Assembly (NCBI RefSeq): GCF_008831285.2
Contig: NC_045138.2
Location: 37,758,001 to 37,822,000, forward strand
Direction of reading: 5' to 3'
Source: Nymphaea colorata
Taxonomy: Eukaryota
DNA: 64,000 nt
Made by a program: the position numbers and the translations under genes. The notes beneath the pieces are model-generated. The model saw only the letters and a program-made list of their open reading frames with translations, did not search any database and was not told the DNA's origin. Of the stretch, positions 27,296-40,900 are shown piece by piece. Numbering within the stretch: the stretch's first letter is position 1; the number at the start of each line of letters is the position of its first letter.

Positions 27296-28039
27296 TCACG
27301 ACGGCGGCGGCGATGAAACCCGCGGCGATGTGACGGGGAAGAGCGGGAGCAGCCGCGGAGGCTCCGTGGATTCGCCCCCACGCGGCGTCGATGGGTGTAA
27401 GTAAAAGCCCTTTGCCGCGATCGCCTTCTCCTCAGCGGCGGCCGCGGCGGCAGCGGCAGCGAAAGGGTCGGAGATGAGCGGGGTGACGGGGCTGAGGGAG
27501 AGCGCCGTAAGATCGAGGAGGGTGCTCGGCGAAAGCGGCACGGGGGAGGCAGCCGGGGACGACAGCGGGGAGGAGAAGCCGACGGTGGCTCCAAGAGGGA
27601 AGCTAGGGTCGGAGAGCTTGAGCTTGCGGAGGGTCTTCTGGCGCCGCTCGTAGAGCCTGAAGGAGGAGGTCTTCTTGAAGCTCGGAAGGTGGCCCCGGGG
27701 AGGCTGATCGGTGGAGGAGGGGGAGGAGGAGGGGGAGGCGGAGGAAGTCTGCTTGCGAGCGGCGGCGGCAGCGGCTGCCGTTTCGGGGAGGCCGGTGAGC
27801 ATCTGGACGACGTGCTTGAAGGAGGAGGGGTCGGCCTGGATGAAGGTGGTGGGAGGAGGTGTCTCCTGGAGGATGAGCGAAGGCTTGGGCGGGATCTTGG
27901 GGATGGACGGTAATGACGGTGGCGGAGTCGGGTTGCTGTTTGTGCTGCTGTTGCTGCTGGAGCTAGTCGGGGAGAGTGGCAGCGCCGATGCTGGTGGTGG
28001 TGGTGGCGCCGCCGATAGGGAGGACTTTAGGGTCTCCAT
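27296..28039 (-). CDS. VQ-motif protein (VQ4/MVQ-like group), single exon, 247 aa
   Basis: FIQADPSSFKHVVQMLTG (FxxxVQxLTG motif); C-terminal EEKAIAAKGFYLHPS..PRLLPLFPVTSPR typical of the MPK3/6-targeted MVQ group; many SP/TP sites; GC-rich, intronless. Confidence 0.93.
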   Translation of the reverse strand: METLKSSLSAAPPPPPASALPLSPTSSSSNSSTNSNPTPPPSLPSIPKIPPKPSLILQETPPPTTFIQADPSSFKHVVQMLTGLPETAAAAAAARKQTSSASPSSSPSSTDQPPRGHLPSFKKTSSFRLYERRQKTLRKLKLSDPSFPLGATVGFSSPLSSPAASPVPLSPSTLLDLTALSLSPVTPLISDPFAAAAAAAAAEEKAIAAKGFYLHPSTPRGGESTEPPRLLPLFPVTSPRVSSPPPS

Positions 28040-31000
28040 TTCCAGCAGAATAATTGGAGGAGAGAGACTTCTTCTTAGGGTTTTTCAAGAGCAGAGAGGA
28101 AGCAGCGAAGAAGAAGAGATTTTGCGATTTGGGGAGGAAAGAAAGTGGGGAAGAGAGGAAGAAGGCTTCCCTCTCTCTCGGTCTCTCTCACTTTCTTTCT
28201 CTCTCATTGATTATGTATCAATGGGCAGTTGAATTTCCTTTTTCTTTTTCCACCCTTTTTTCTATTCTTCAAGATCTTCATTGACGCTGAACGCAATTAC
28301 CAAAACATCCCTCCCAGGGTCTGAGCTTTCCAGATAGACCACATGCGGCTTGACGTGTTTGGTTCCGGTTAGGTCGGTTCGGTTTAGGTCAGGTCGGTCC
28401 AGTCCGTTTCAGTGGTTTTCAGTAGAGCTTAAACTTCAAACAGAACACAATCTTTTAAAAGATATGTGAGCCACAAATATTCTGATAATCCCATAACATA
28501 AAAGATTTAGAGAGAAAAAATTCGGTATAAAAATTTCTCTTTTCTGCCAAATCTGATCGGTGTTCAAATCCGATTGCTTTAAAACTTGGAATCCACTTTT
28601 GGATTTTCTACATCAGAACTCAAATCCAATTATTTGAATCCGAATTGAAATCCAATTACTAAGTAAGTGTAGATAACTACATCTAGAATGAATTCAGTTT
28701 GTTTGTCTGGTACGATGGAGCAATGTTCAGCAACTCCTTTTGCAAAAAAAGGAAAAAATTTAATTCGTTTATGTTTGCAAGATCTTTTGCAACCAATGCC
28801 GCGAGAGGTCCTGGTGAAGGGGAAAAAGGGAAAAACAGCGTCCAATACAGATTCGACCATTTTTGTCCAAGAACAATTTGTTCTGAACCAAAAAAAAAAA
28901 AAAAAAAAGAACCGGTAAAGGCAAGCGATTGCCCTATCATGACAAGTTACTTTTGTAGTTTTGTTTGTACATTTGTCCGAACAAGGATCACCATTGTCCG
29001 AACAGATTTAATATCTTGTTTGCATACCCCACATGCACACCTAACTCAAGAACCTACATGTTTTTTTCATAACTCAATTATTTTGAATTAAAAAAACTAC
29101 ATACTTGCGATATTTAATAAATAAGAAACCGTCCCAAAGTTCAGCATAGTAAAAGGTGAGAACACAATACTCAAATTGAAGGGTGCATCGTACTTCATTC
29201 AAGTCCTGATGCATGCAAGCAAGACAGTCTTGAAGGTAGAAAAAATGAAAAACATTTGTACCTTTTTTTGAACTGTAAAATGACAACTTCTTGCTCACCT
29301 GAACCCTCGTGGAAACAGTGGTAAAATTCCTAGAGCTTGTTTGATAGCACCAGAACTCAAATGGAACAATGAGAAATGGTGTGTTAGGATTCACCTTGCT
29401 CGACTCAAACACGGACCGCGGTGTTCTCATACACGTTCGAAGAAGAAGGAGGCTTGATTAAAAAAAAGAAAAGAAAAAATCATGTTCAAAAAAGAGAACC
29501 AATTTATAACTGCTATGTTAGGTTTCCGGAGACATCACAAATTTCATTGCCCACTTTCCCTTGTGGAACTCCGGCAGTTTCACGCACTTGAATCTAGCTC
29601 TCATGCATTTTAGCGGTTTCGAATCCGACCTATTTATATTCCAAACTCCAGTTTCTAATCCGGGTCCCTTTTGTGACCCTGAAAGGAAAAAGTTAATGCA
29701 AACGGAGCCCATTTCATAGGACCTAGTCTCCCACTTGGTCCCATCTTCTTACACATTTTGCTTCATTTCCACTTTATGTTAAAAATAACCACATGGTGAG
29801 ACCATGTCTGATTATGTATTGTTATTAAAAGATTTAACTTCAGGCCATTTTCTTAAACATAATAGAACTTTCTATTTTTTTTTTATATACATCGAATAAA
29901 GAAACCAAACATTTGCTAAGTTAAATTAAAGTCATTTGAGAATCAACAATGTGCTCAAGTTTTTTCTTTTGTCTTTTGGGTTTATGGGTTACTTCGAGGC
30001 CTGAATGAGTGAAAACATAACATCTAAGTGTCGTGTATTAGCGTTTATAATATAAAGAAATAGCGCTCACGAGAATTACATGCAAGAGCGACCGCGGATC
30101 GGTCAGTCCAACCAGCTACACATGGCGAAATAAATTAAAAATATCAGAATGGACCAATTGGGTTATTCGGTCATTTCGTCATTGGGCTGGAGGGTAATCT
30201 GGGAAACTGTTTTTTCTTCTTAATTACCAAAAATGTACTTGGGGCTCGGAGGCAGGCAGCAGATAGGTAGGAAAGGAAAGACGTTTGACTTTTGACTTTG
30301 GAAAGGGGTGGGTCCCGTCGGGGCGGGAGGCTCTATCATTTCCGTCCTTGAAAGCAATTCTGATTGGTGGATGAGGGTACTTTCGTCTTCACAACAAATG
30401 GAAAAAGAAAAAGACGAAGAAAAGGGTTGGCAAAAAGAAACATGTTGACTCCTTTGTTCCCTTTCCCCTGCACTGCAAGTGCATGTCCCTGTCTCGCCTC
30501 ATTTGGTTCAGTTGACCAAGATTTTTCCGGGTTCCCACCAACTTCCCAAAATCACCAAACTGCCATTATTTATTTATTTTTTATTTTTTTGTCCAAATAA
30601 ATTTATTATTATTATTTTTTAAAAAAAAGAGAAAAATAACAAGACCTTCATAACAGTTCATCGATTTCTTGGAATGTTAAGATAAAGGATTCAAACACGA
30701 ACAAATCTAAAGTTTCTCATACCTTATAAGTTCAAAGAGATCTTGTACAATCAAATGGTGCCTGGATAGGTGTATACATATAACATCTTTCATGTATTTT
30801 CTTGTAATTTTCTTTTATGTTTTCTACTTTTTGAAAAAAAAAAAAAAAAAAACTGATGCTGAGATTTTCTTCTCCAGTCTCGATGACAGATACGGATGTT
30901 GAATTTTGCGACACACACTAAGACTGAAAAAGAAGGGTCGCTCAATAGCAAACACTGGATTTAAGGAGGGGGGTTGGGAGGTCCTATCCACCTTATCTTT

Positions 31001-33566
31001 TCCTTTGACTGAAGGAATGCAGTGTGGACCTTTTGCTCTCTCTCACCATCACATTATTCACATCTTTTAACTTAAACACAAGTTTGTATCACTTGGTATT
31101 GCTTTTGAAGAATGATTCTTTATATCATAATCTAAACTTAAGCACTTCTTTGCCTGGTCACAAGCTTAATCAAGGAGAGTAAGATAGGCTTAAGTGCTTC
31201 TACTTTTCAAAGTTTATTCCAAAACATGATTCATAATATTGTATATGCCAAAGAAATGTAAGTTTTCTCTATAAAAGATCTTGTGAACTGTGATGTTATT
31301 GCATTTGAAGGAGGTCAAAGGCCATCGCTTTCATGTCTTCAAGACATGGCTTGACCAAGGAGGGGGGTTGGGTTGGGTCATCAATGTTGTTGGGTTGGCT
31401 AGCTGGGTCTGTGTGTTGGCCCTTTTGGGAGAGGGAAGCCCAAGGCAGTGGCTTCAAAGATGGGGCAGTGTGGGCTGGTTGGTGGTTGTTGATGCTGACA
31501 GATGCGAGCAGACAAAGACCGAAATTCGCACACGCACCCAGCCCCACCACACATACGAAAAGATATCCTGACCCATCCCTCTTGACCAGGAACAACAACT
31601 GGGTCCACCATGGTCCGCATGTCGCACGACTGCGGCCAGCTAACCTTAACTTTGGCCTTGCACTATAGCAACCTAGGATATTGGGATAAGCGGGTGAAAC
31701 CACACCAACCTGGCTTGAGGTCGGCTTATTCGATCGGGACTGGCTCGCAGGGTCAACCAGTTGGCGGGCTCGTTTCGAGTCAAGCACAGGCACACCACGG
31801 GAGCCAAAGCCCTGCACTCAACAAGGGCCTCAAGGCTCAAACTAGAGGCCCTCTTTGGCCACAAACCGCTCTTGTTGTTTATGAAATTAGTGGGTAGCTC
31901 TCAAAACAAACAATGCTTCCAGAATTTGTGTTTGTGTTGGCTGCAAGCAGAAGCTTAAAAGGTGGCAACACTTTCTTAGTTACTTCCCTAGCTGGTCTCA
32001 GATCCAAATCTCTCAAACACAGGGTCTCTAGCTGGGCCTCCCTCTTTATTGGGCCAGCGGGTTTTCGTGTTTCGATCGGTCATTATGGAGAATGTGCCAT
32101 GTGCCGCCCACCAAAAAAAAATACCCATCCAATTTTGGGGCCCATGAGAGATTTAATCGTCAGATCTCAGATCCAAGCATTCTTACACAAGTATAGATCT
32201 CATTTGTGATTAATAAAGGTAGGGGAGCTGTTACTGCAAGGTTTCTTACATAAAGAGTATCAAAGTAATCTCTACACCTTATTTTACCTGAAAACAGGAT
32301 CTATAAGCCTACAAGACCCTCATTATTATTGCAGACAATTGCTCACAAAGTCGATCAATCAAAATACCATGCTACAAGAGAAAGAGAGTTTCACACTAGG
32401 AGCTTGAGTTGATGAAGAATCCATAAAGTTAGCACAGTTTTTGAGTTCCTTGACCAATACTATAGTCCGCGGGCGAAGTTTTTTTTTTTTTTTTTGGATT
32501 TTCGCTTGTCGGAAACCGGCCGCTCCTATGTGGGAAGTGATTTGTTTTGGTATCAAGTAAAAATTGTGAATGACCTAATCAAAGAAAACAAGCAGCATGA
32601 AGGGAGAGAGTGATTGGAAAAGGTGCAGTAAGTAAGAAGACCTGCAACTTGACCCTTCTTGAAGGCACAAAGCCTTTGAAAATGCAGTGTGTGGAGATGA
32701 AGGGCAGGGGGACCATGCCTTCATTTTTTTCTTTCTTTTGGCCAGAGAGTGTGGAAAGAAAAGGCTTCTTCATTTTGATGTTGCCACAAACATGGCCTTT
32801 AGGAAATCTTTGGGGATTGACAACTTGGCAATTTGAATGATTGAGTGTGGGGGGTGGGCCCCATGAGGTGTTCTTTTCCTTTCCCTTCCCTGCACTCTTG
32901 TTTTGAAAGGAAAAAAAAAAAAAAAAGATTCAATGCCACAACACAGGACATGTGGGAGGGTGTGGTGCTGGTGGGGGCCCCCCCTCCCTCCCTTCATTCC
33001 TTCCTTCCTGCTTCTTTAGTGGTCCCTTTCTATGGATTTCACCAGCCCCCTTAAGTTCCACCAATTCAATCAATGCCCTGAGCTGAATATGACCTGACCT
33101 AAAAGATCCTTGCTGCCTGAGAAATGCATTCTTAGGAAGTGGTGCCAGGTTTCCAGGATAGATATCTCCTCGGAAATTCGTTCCCATGCGGCGAATTTCC
33201 GGGGTTTTGTGTTGAGGGGATATATGGTCTCATGAGTATCACTCTTTGTACAGCGCGAAGTTGTTAGTGTCTCTTGGTGATTCAGCAAAAAAACAATATG
33301 TTTTTGGAACACGTACTTCCCTCTCAACACATATTGTAATAACGTAATGTTCATGTATTAGAAAACATGATATGATGATGTTCAGTGTTTTTAATTGGTA
33401 GTCATGTTATGTTTCTTACAACAAGAACATGCTACTGGTCTCTGCATTTTAAGAACGTAATCTCTTCTTATGAAACACCCAGTTATGAATGGCGCGCAAC
33501 AATAATGTTGAGCAGATAAAGTCGCTGTGTGCTTAAGAATTAGAACAAGGGGCAAGCAAAAGTTTA

Positions 33567-33888
33567 GGGCGTATTTGGATGACACCATCATAAAAAAAAA
33601 GCTATTTTGAAGAAGTTGGTTTAGTAGAAAGATGGTCTTTTAATCAATTTTTTTTTTAAAATGGGTTTGTGTGTTTGAATGACACACCTAAAGTTTTTCT
33701 GGAGGACCAAATTATTTTATCCCCTTTTTGGGTTGGGTGAGCAGAAGAAGAAGTATTTTATCCTACCATTTAGAGAAGAACCGAAGCTCCCACATGACCC
33801 ATCGTTTGTATGAGTTATAGGGTCTGATTTTAGTGTCATACGAACATTCTAAAAAACCTGTTTTTTGCAGTGTCATTCAAACACTACC
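33567..33888. mobile_element. Tourist/PIF-like MITE
   Basis: Left TTA-GGGCGTATTTGGATGACAC, right GTGTCATTCAAACACTACC-TAA: imperfect 19-bp TIRs with TTA/TAA flanks; internal TIR-like copies near 33670 and 33833. Confidence 0.6.
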
Positions 33889-34789
33889 TAAGTTTTGGAG
33901 AGAAGTAAGTCATTGGTAAATGAAAGGCAATTTGGTCTCCTGAATTACAAAACTTTGAGGGCTTGGCAGGGAGGTATGGAGAACAAAAGGGCAGGAATCT
34001 ATCATAAGAGGTGGGCGTCCTTTTACCGTAAAAATGAAGCAAGGAAATGACTTTCTTGGTAGCCAATCGAGTGACATTGGAGTGTTCTACTTCAACTGCA
34101 ACCACAACAGGACATGACAAACATGTACCTCTAAAGCTGGTAATTTTCAGCACCTCTAATAATTTTTTATATGGTTAGATCTTGCCTTTCTAGTTCAATA
34201 AAGCTAATTTCTTAAGGGTCATAGTGCAACTGATTGGACCAGTGACTCGCCAAACTGCAGCAGGAGAATGGTCTTGGGGGTTTTATGTTTTTTATCTCCC
34301 GAAAAAAACTAAGCTTGTCAATCGGGATTAGTTTTTCCCAAGTATAACACAAACACGAAAGACCTAGTAGTTTATGTTGCTCATTATTCTAATTAGGCCC
34401 CTTCTAATCTACACAAGAGAAACCATGTAGAACGAAATTAGTCCCGTTAACATTAGACTAGACACGTATATTCTATAGCTTAGTGGAAGTCAATTCATGT
34501 ATAAGGTATAGTAATTATATATTTCTAGCATCGTTATGTTAAATATAAGCTTTGCGACATCGTTTTTAGATGTGACCTCTTTGAACTTTAGTTTTTTTCA
34601 TGATAAGTTGAAATGGGCTAATTTTGGCATTTTCATATTTGCATAAAGATTATTAAAAGATCCAGAATATTGTGTTTTTAGTTGAGATGAACTAACATGT
34701 GAAACCACACACACTCCATTCCCCGTCTTTAAGACATAGGTTGAACACTGGGTTCAGGTCGGTTTACAATCTGGTTTTATGGTTTGGGA

Positions 34790-34858
34790 AGCATAGGCTG
34801 GGATTCGAACTGTAGACGGCCTACTTATGCACCAGCAGCCCGCCGTTTTTGCTATTGA
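34790..34858 (-). mobile_element. Possible tRNA-derived SINE head remnant
   Basis: Minus strand has A-box-like TAGCAAAAACGG and B-box AGTTCGAATCC about 30 nt apart; no full cloverleaf. Confidence 0.3.
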
Positions 34859-37800
34859 AACTAATAATAATTTAATGAAAACTTCGGTAACTTGCGATAA
34901 AAGAATATTCAATAATTCATTCAGTTTTTTATTCTTGACTGCAGAGCATTAAAGCGAATTAACCTGAATGCTGATAATTAGCAAAACGATAAGAGATTAA
35001 CAAGTGGCTTGCATTGAATATTTATCGTCACATATGACGTGACAATAAACCTGACGTAGGAAAAAAAAAAAAAAATTGAGTGGTGAAGGATAAATAATGG
35101 CAACTCTTAAAGACAAAATCACTGGTTAAAACAAAAGCACCTTTATTAACTCGGGCTGCCCATTATTTAGCATCAAGCAAATGTCGAGAAAATTTCGGTT
35201 TACTTCACATTATTTTCTGAGGAAGGTGAGCCCCGACACTAAGCTTTACAAGACAAAATGATGCTGTTTTTGAGAAAAATTTTCGGGTGATTCAATATCT
35301 ACAGGCACCAACAATCACATGTATGGTTCTCATTCCCCAACTGTTTAGAGTTTCATCAATCTCTTGGCATTAGTTTTTTTTTAGTAAAGGACATGCTTAC
35401 GTTACGATATTTTACCTAATACACGGCCTAAGATTCTCTGTTTCCTAAAGTTTTTTACGTAGTGTGTGTGTGTGTGTGTGTGTATGGACATGTATACATA
35501 CAGGAATTAGTTCGATGATGCTTACTATAGAACTGACTTTTAGGCGCATTATGTCACAAAAAGATGGCAAACCTAACAATAATTCCACATAAAAATGCAA
35601 CTAGAAGCAGGCAAATATCTGAGCATTAATGTATAATGAGATAGCGACTCGTTATCCCTTTCTTCCTTGGATCTGCTGCTTGTTGATCAACAGACTTTTG
35701 CCTTTTAGCAATCACCAGCTTCACGAGTTCTCCAAAGTGCATACACTTCACATGCACCATGTTACTTGAATTCCACCATGAAACATGACATCAATAATTT
35801 CAAGGAAAGTGTTCGACATTCTGGTTTTTGGCTCGATCTCCTCCTGCCATTATTTTTTCTTGGGTCCACGCCAACCTGCATACTTGATGATCTTGCTAAT
35901 CACTTCACCGTTGCCTGAATAAAATTTTGGAAAACAACGCTCACCCGCTCCGATCAAGGGCTTGCTTTCCTGTTCCTGGATAAGCAACTCAGGGCTTATG
36001 CCAATCGACCTCTGAACTGTGGGCGTTGAACCCACAACCTTCTTCAAGTTGGCAGCCTCTCAAGTTCATCCCTCCCGCCGATGGATGGAGAGCGTTCTCG
36101 CTGTTCTGTAAAAAGATTAAAAAACAATGAAAACCAAAGTGATCAAGTTTGTGATCTAAAAAATCACCACGAAGACTCTCTAGATTTCGTCAATGCTAGT
36201 GATTTTTAACCCAGCAATTATCGATTTTGTGGGGTCTGTTTGACGTCAAAAGATAGTGGGGAAGTGTCCTGATCTGTTGTTAGACAAGGTTCCTGTGTCT
36301 CATCAGCTGGGGCGCACCCTGTTGGGCCAAAGCATGACCCTCTCAGGCCCCATATCATATATGCCAGCATGTTACCTTGTTCATGCACGTGAACAAGATC
36401 CAAAGTGAATTCTCTGTCTTCATATGATCAAAGAGGTATGGATATGGCTAGGCATGACTGCAATTCCACTAATGTAATGAATATCCCCATCAAGCAGGTG
36501 GTGCATTTTCTTTTCCTCTAATTTTCATCCCTTAAGCGGCTGTCTCATGAATTTGCCCCCAAAAAAATAGCAGATTCATAAACCTTATAACATCCTGTTC
36601 CGTGAATTTGCCACATTTTTTGGATAGATTCATTGGACAATAACAGTGTCTTACTGCTGCAAAGTGGCCCCTTAGCAGACGTTCCCCAAGTTGTAAGATC
36701 AGAGACGCACCTGGGGCAAAAAAGGTTGCATCTTCAGTGTCGAGCTCTTGACGTTCTTCACCTGGAGGGTCTTAAATACAACACCAATATGTGGACGAAG
36801 CTCTTATTGCAGAGAAATTATTTCCTTCATTTTCTTTCATCTCTTACATCAAATAATCTTCAAGGTTAGGACACGCAGGTGCCAATAACTAAGACCAAGT
36901 AAGCAGTTCAGCACCATTTAATCGATTTAGCTACTACCCATTTGGGCTGGTTCTGTTTCAAATGGGGAATTCTATTTTCTCAAGCGAAAGGATGTCGTAA
37001 TTCGCAAGGCACGCTGTAGTGATATGAAGTGCTCCGGGACAATCTACCATCTTGTATGAGAAATTGGTTTTGGTTAAGTAATTATTCATATCGATGGGTT
37101 CCGGAAGTTGGCCGGCAAAGATGTTTATGATCATGAGAAACCGTTGGTCACAGACGACACAAATGACCGTTTTCCATTTCAATATCGTAAAGATCGGTTT
37201 TCGTCTCATATCGGGTATTCAAAGTACCATATCAGCCCATACACATCCCACCTGTACCAGTTCATATCAGGCATTTTTAGAATATGAAAAACTATTATTA
37301 TTATTATTCTTTTCTAAAATATTGGAGCGGAATTAGCCAATATGGCTTCGATTGGCACCAAGAACCATGTATAACCAATTTGTATCACGATATGAACCGA
37401 TGTTGATAACATTAGCCCATGCATGATTTTCTAGATTTCATTCTTGTGTTGGCAATTGCCAACCAGATGATCAGGCATCTATTTCTTTTAAAGATCAGGG
37501 TCCACCATTCACGGAGGTTTTGTTGAGCATGAATGGCCGCTAATCACATGCTGCGATTGTTCATGAAAGATGTTGCCAACCAGATGATCAGACTTCTATC
37601 TAAGCCCTTCTCTTTAAATCCTTGGTTGGAAGTCAAGTAGATTAACACCAATGGGCGTGTCCATGGACAAAGCACACGTCATAAAATTCTGATAGCTTAA
37701 GTTCAGAAGGAAGATGCTGGTTGGCTTTTACTTCCAAAACCCTCCACGAAGGCTATGTCAGTGTCACATACATATATTATGTCAGAGAGAACTCCGGCAA

Positions 37801-37907
37801 CAAGAATAGTGGTACATATACATTCACTAGCAGTGAACACCTCGGTGAATGACAAGGAAGAACACAAGCCCGATGAAGCAAGAAAAGTTTTTCCCTTTGT
37901 AGGTCAG

Positions 37908-40900
37908 TCAAAGCGCTCGAGCGACATTCTTGAACTCAGTTAAGCAGGATTGCAGTATCTTCTGCCTCTTCTGCAGCGACTCCCTCTCGTTGCGGAGCAC
38001 GTCAACAGCTCCGGGAGCCACAAACATGTCCATGAACCTCTCATCGTTCACAGCAAACAGATCCAAACCCAAAGCCACCATCAACCTGTCTCGGCTGCCC
38101 AACACAAAAGCACAAGAAATAAGAGAAAGGGTAGAAATGTTGTACAAGAAATAAAAGCTGAAGATTCCAAAGCTCACCATGGACTTAGGAATCCAGAATT
38201 CAGAGTTGACGGCAGGCTTCGCTCAATAAGGACTTCTCTGATTCTGGCAAAATGCTGAGAAGCAGCGCTGCAGACTTCAGAGTATGCTGAACCTGTTCTT
38301 GAAGCGTGGTCGTTTGCACCACCAAACAGGTTCCCGTTTCGTTGGTGAAGATCCAAAGAGGTGGTGTTGCTTGGCATAATCCGCATGTGCCGTTTCCTCA
38401 TTCCAGGATCAGCATGGTTGCCATGGTCCCTCTTCTTGCCTGCACCCACTGGCTCACCGGGTTGGTCAGGAGAAGGAGTTTCAGGAATAGTCATTTGGCT
38501 CTCTCTTAGGACTTCCTTATCTGATGATTTTCCTGGTGTATTCGTTAGAGGGGCCTTGGCTTTTGGAGGCTGATTCTCTTGATCATCCATCCCATTGTCT
38601 TGAGCAATCCTGCCTGACAGGTCGACACCAAAAAGCGTGAAAGAGGAGCTAAAGTTGCATCTGTGAATTGAAGTTGCACCAAATGCAGAAGATCCAAATG
38701 AATCGCTATCATAGTAGCAGATTTGAGAGTATGGGCTCGTGACTGAATCAAGGTGGTGACGAACTAGATGTTTGCATTGCTTTGCTAAGTCATGAATGAA
38801 CTGATTGTATGAATGCCGAAGCGCCGCATGAAAACCAACATACCCGTCCATGCTTCCCTTCCATCTTTCGTCTGCTCATTTGAGAAATCAAATGACCTTC
38901 GTCAGGAAAAAATGAAACCAGTCCAATCAACCATGAAGATAAACTTGTGAATGAAAGTTATAAACTATACCATCTAAAGATTCATTGTTCTTGTTACGTT
39001 CAGCAGCAAGGTCGAAAAGGTTCCTCAATACATAAGCAAGCCGGTCGCATGCAGTGTCCAAGAGAGGAGCCAACCATGACCGAGCTGCTGCACGAGCTAT
39101 CTCTACTGCTGCACCTGCAGCTCCCCCACCCCCACCTCTACCAGCATGGGCAAGTAAAATATTAGCAACCTGTAGCACAAAGAGCATTAGAAGTTATTAC
39201 ACATTTCCCACAGATTATGAATGTTTCTAACGGAAAACTTACCTTCTCCCTTGACACTGTCGGGCATTCTATAGAATGGGTAGCACATCTAAACTCATGC
39301 ATTACCCTCTGGAATGCAGCTCCACCATAAAGTTTGAGAAGAGAATTAGGTGGCTTTACTTCTTCAACAACTCCAGGCCAACTTCCAAAGCCACTTTCAA
39401 GCCGTTCTTCATCAGTTGTTTTTCCCCATTCCTCTGGCGTAGGGTCAGCTGCTCCATCGATCAATGCCCACTGTGTTAAGCAAAGAAATGCCCAAAAGTA
39501 AGAAATTTGCTGGTTAAAGCTTTTGCCAACAACGATAAATAGAAAATACGTACCACATGTCTACTGATAGAAGCAGCATGTAACATTGCCAATCTTCGGA
39601 GAGAAGCAACATTAGAAGTAGCCTGCAGCTTGGTATCAGTTCGAGCTAGCTCAACTGCAACTTCAGCACAACGTTGTTCTAGTAAGGCAAGAGTTGCAGG
39701 AGCAGCCTCCTTGTATCTCCGCTGAAGCTCCAACTCCAAGTAATCTCTTAGGCATCCAAAACCAATGAAAGATGCATACTTCTCCTCGTCAAATCCTCCC
39801 TTAACATTTTCTCGAAGATGATGAATAATGTCTGAGTCAACTTGGGAGATCTGCCTGCGAAATTCTTCATTCGAAGTAACACCTCTGTCTTTTGGAAGTG
39901 CTACAAAGAAGGGTCGAGTACTATCACCAAGGTAACCACTTGCACTTAAATATCGATCAACCTCCCATCTATCAGTGAATTCCTGTTTGAGACCATATTG
40001 TTAGTATCAAAACTAATGCACTAAAGCCTCCATTTTTGAATTCAGCTGCTCAAAACATTCCATTATCCCTTTGATGCATGAAATGGAGATGAGTTCAAGA
40101 CTCTAAATACCTTTAGTCTATTGTCAAATTTGGAAACAACGACTATTGTGCGGCGTAGAGTGGGATCAACACTTCGAAGAGCATCTAACCATAGAGAAGA
40201 ACACCATTCAACACTGCTCTGTTGGAGAAACAAGAGCAGTCGATGTGGAGGAGATGCCAATTCTTTAACCATAGACAGAATCTCATCAGGGGTGTTATCT
40301 GGTTCTCCTTTCTTTGCCTTGATGAATTAACAAGATATAAGTCAAAACAAAGGAAAATGACAAGATTAAACAGAACTGACCCTTAAGCAATATCATTTCT
40401 CAAATTTAAATCACCTTAAGAACAAAACCAGGTGTATCAATAATGGTGAGGTTTGGGCAATGGGCATATTCTGCTCTCATCACGATAGGCTTCGGAGAAA
40501 CTGTAGTTCTAGACTTCTTCAAATGTGAATCAGTTCTAGACTTGATAACTTCTGCGATAGCCGAAGATGAGACAATTGGACTTCCATAATCATCAGAATC
40601 CTCTTCCTGCATTCAGGGTTTCAAATTATAGACATATTTGTCCGCATCCGCAGACAACTTGGATTGTCATTAACGAATTAGAAGTTCTTGTTTTACCATG
40701 ATTCATAAATTGTTACATAGGACATAACAGCAGCACTGAAAATATTATACAAGAAAAACATTGCACACATTCAATACAGGCTTAAGCAAATAGATAAGCA
40801 ACGAAACTAGAGCATCGATCATAATTGCAGTGAGACATCAAATTTAGGACAAGATTTGTGCATAACTAAGCACAAGAATGAAACAAATGTTGCTCTGGAA

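Noticed and set aside
27223..28232. Long alternative-frame and antisense ORFs over the VQ gene
   Set aside because: By-products of a GC-rich, low-complexity coding sequence; no motifs.
31290..32209. Several overlapping 70-170 aa ORFs in a GC-richer island
   Set aside because: No recognisable domain, splice structure or TE termini; may be a TE remnant but I cannot support a call.
34790..34858. Functional tRNA gene
   Set aside because: Only A/B-box-like motifs; acceptor and anticodon stems cannot be formed.
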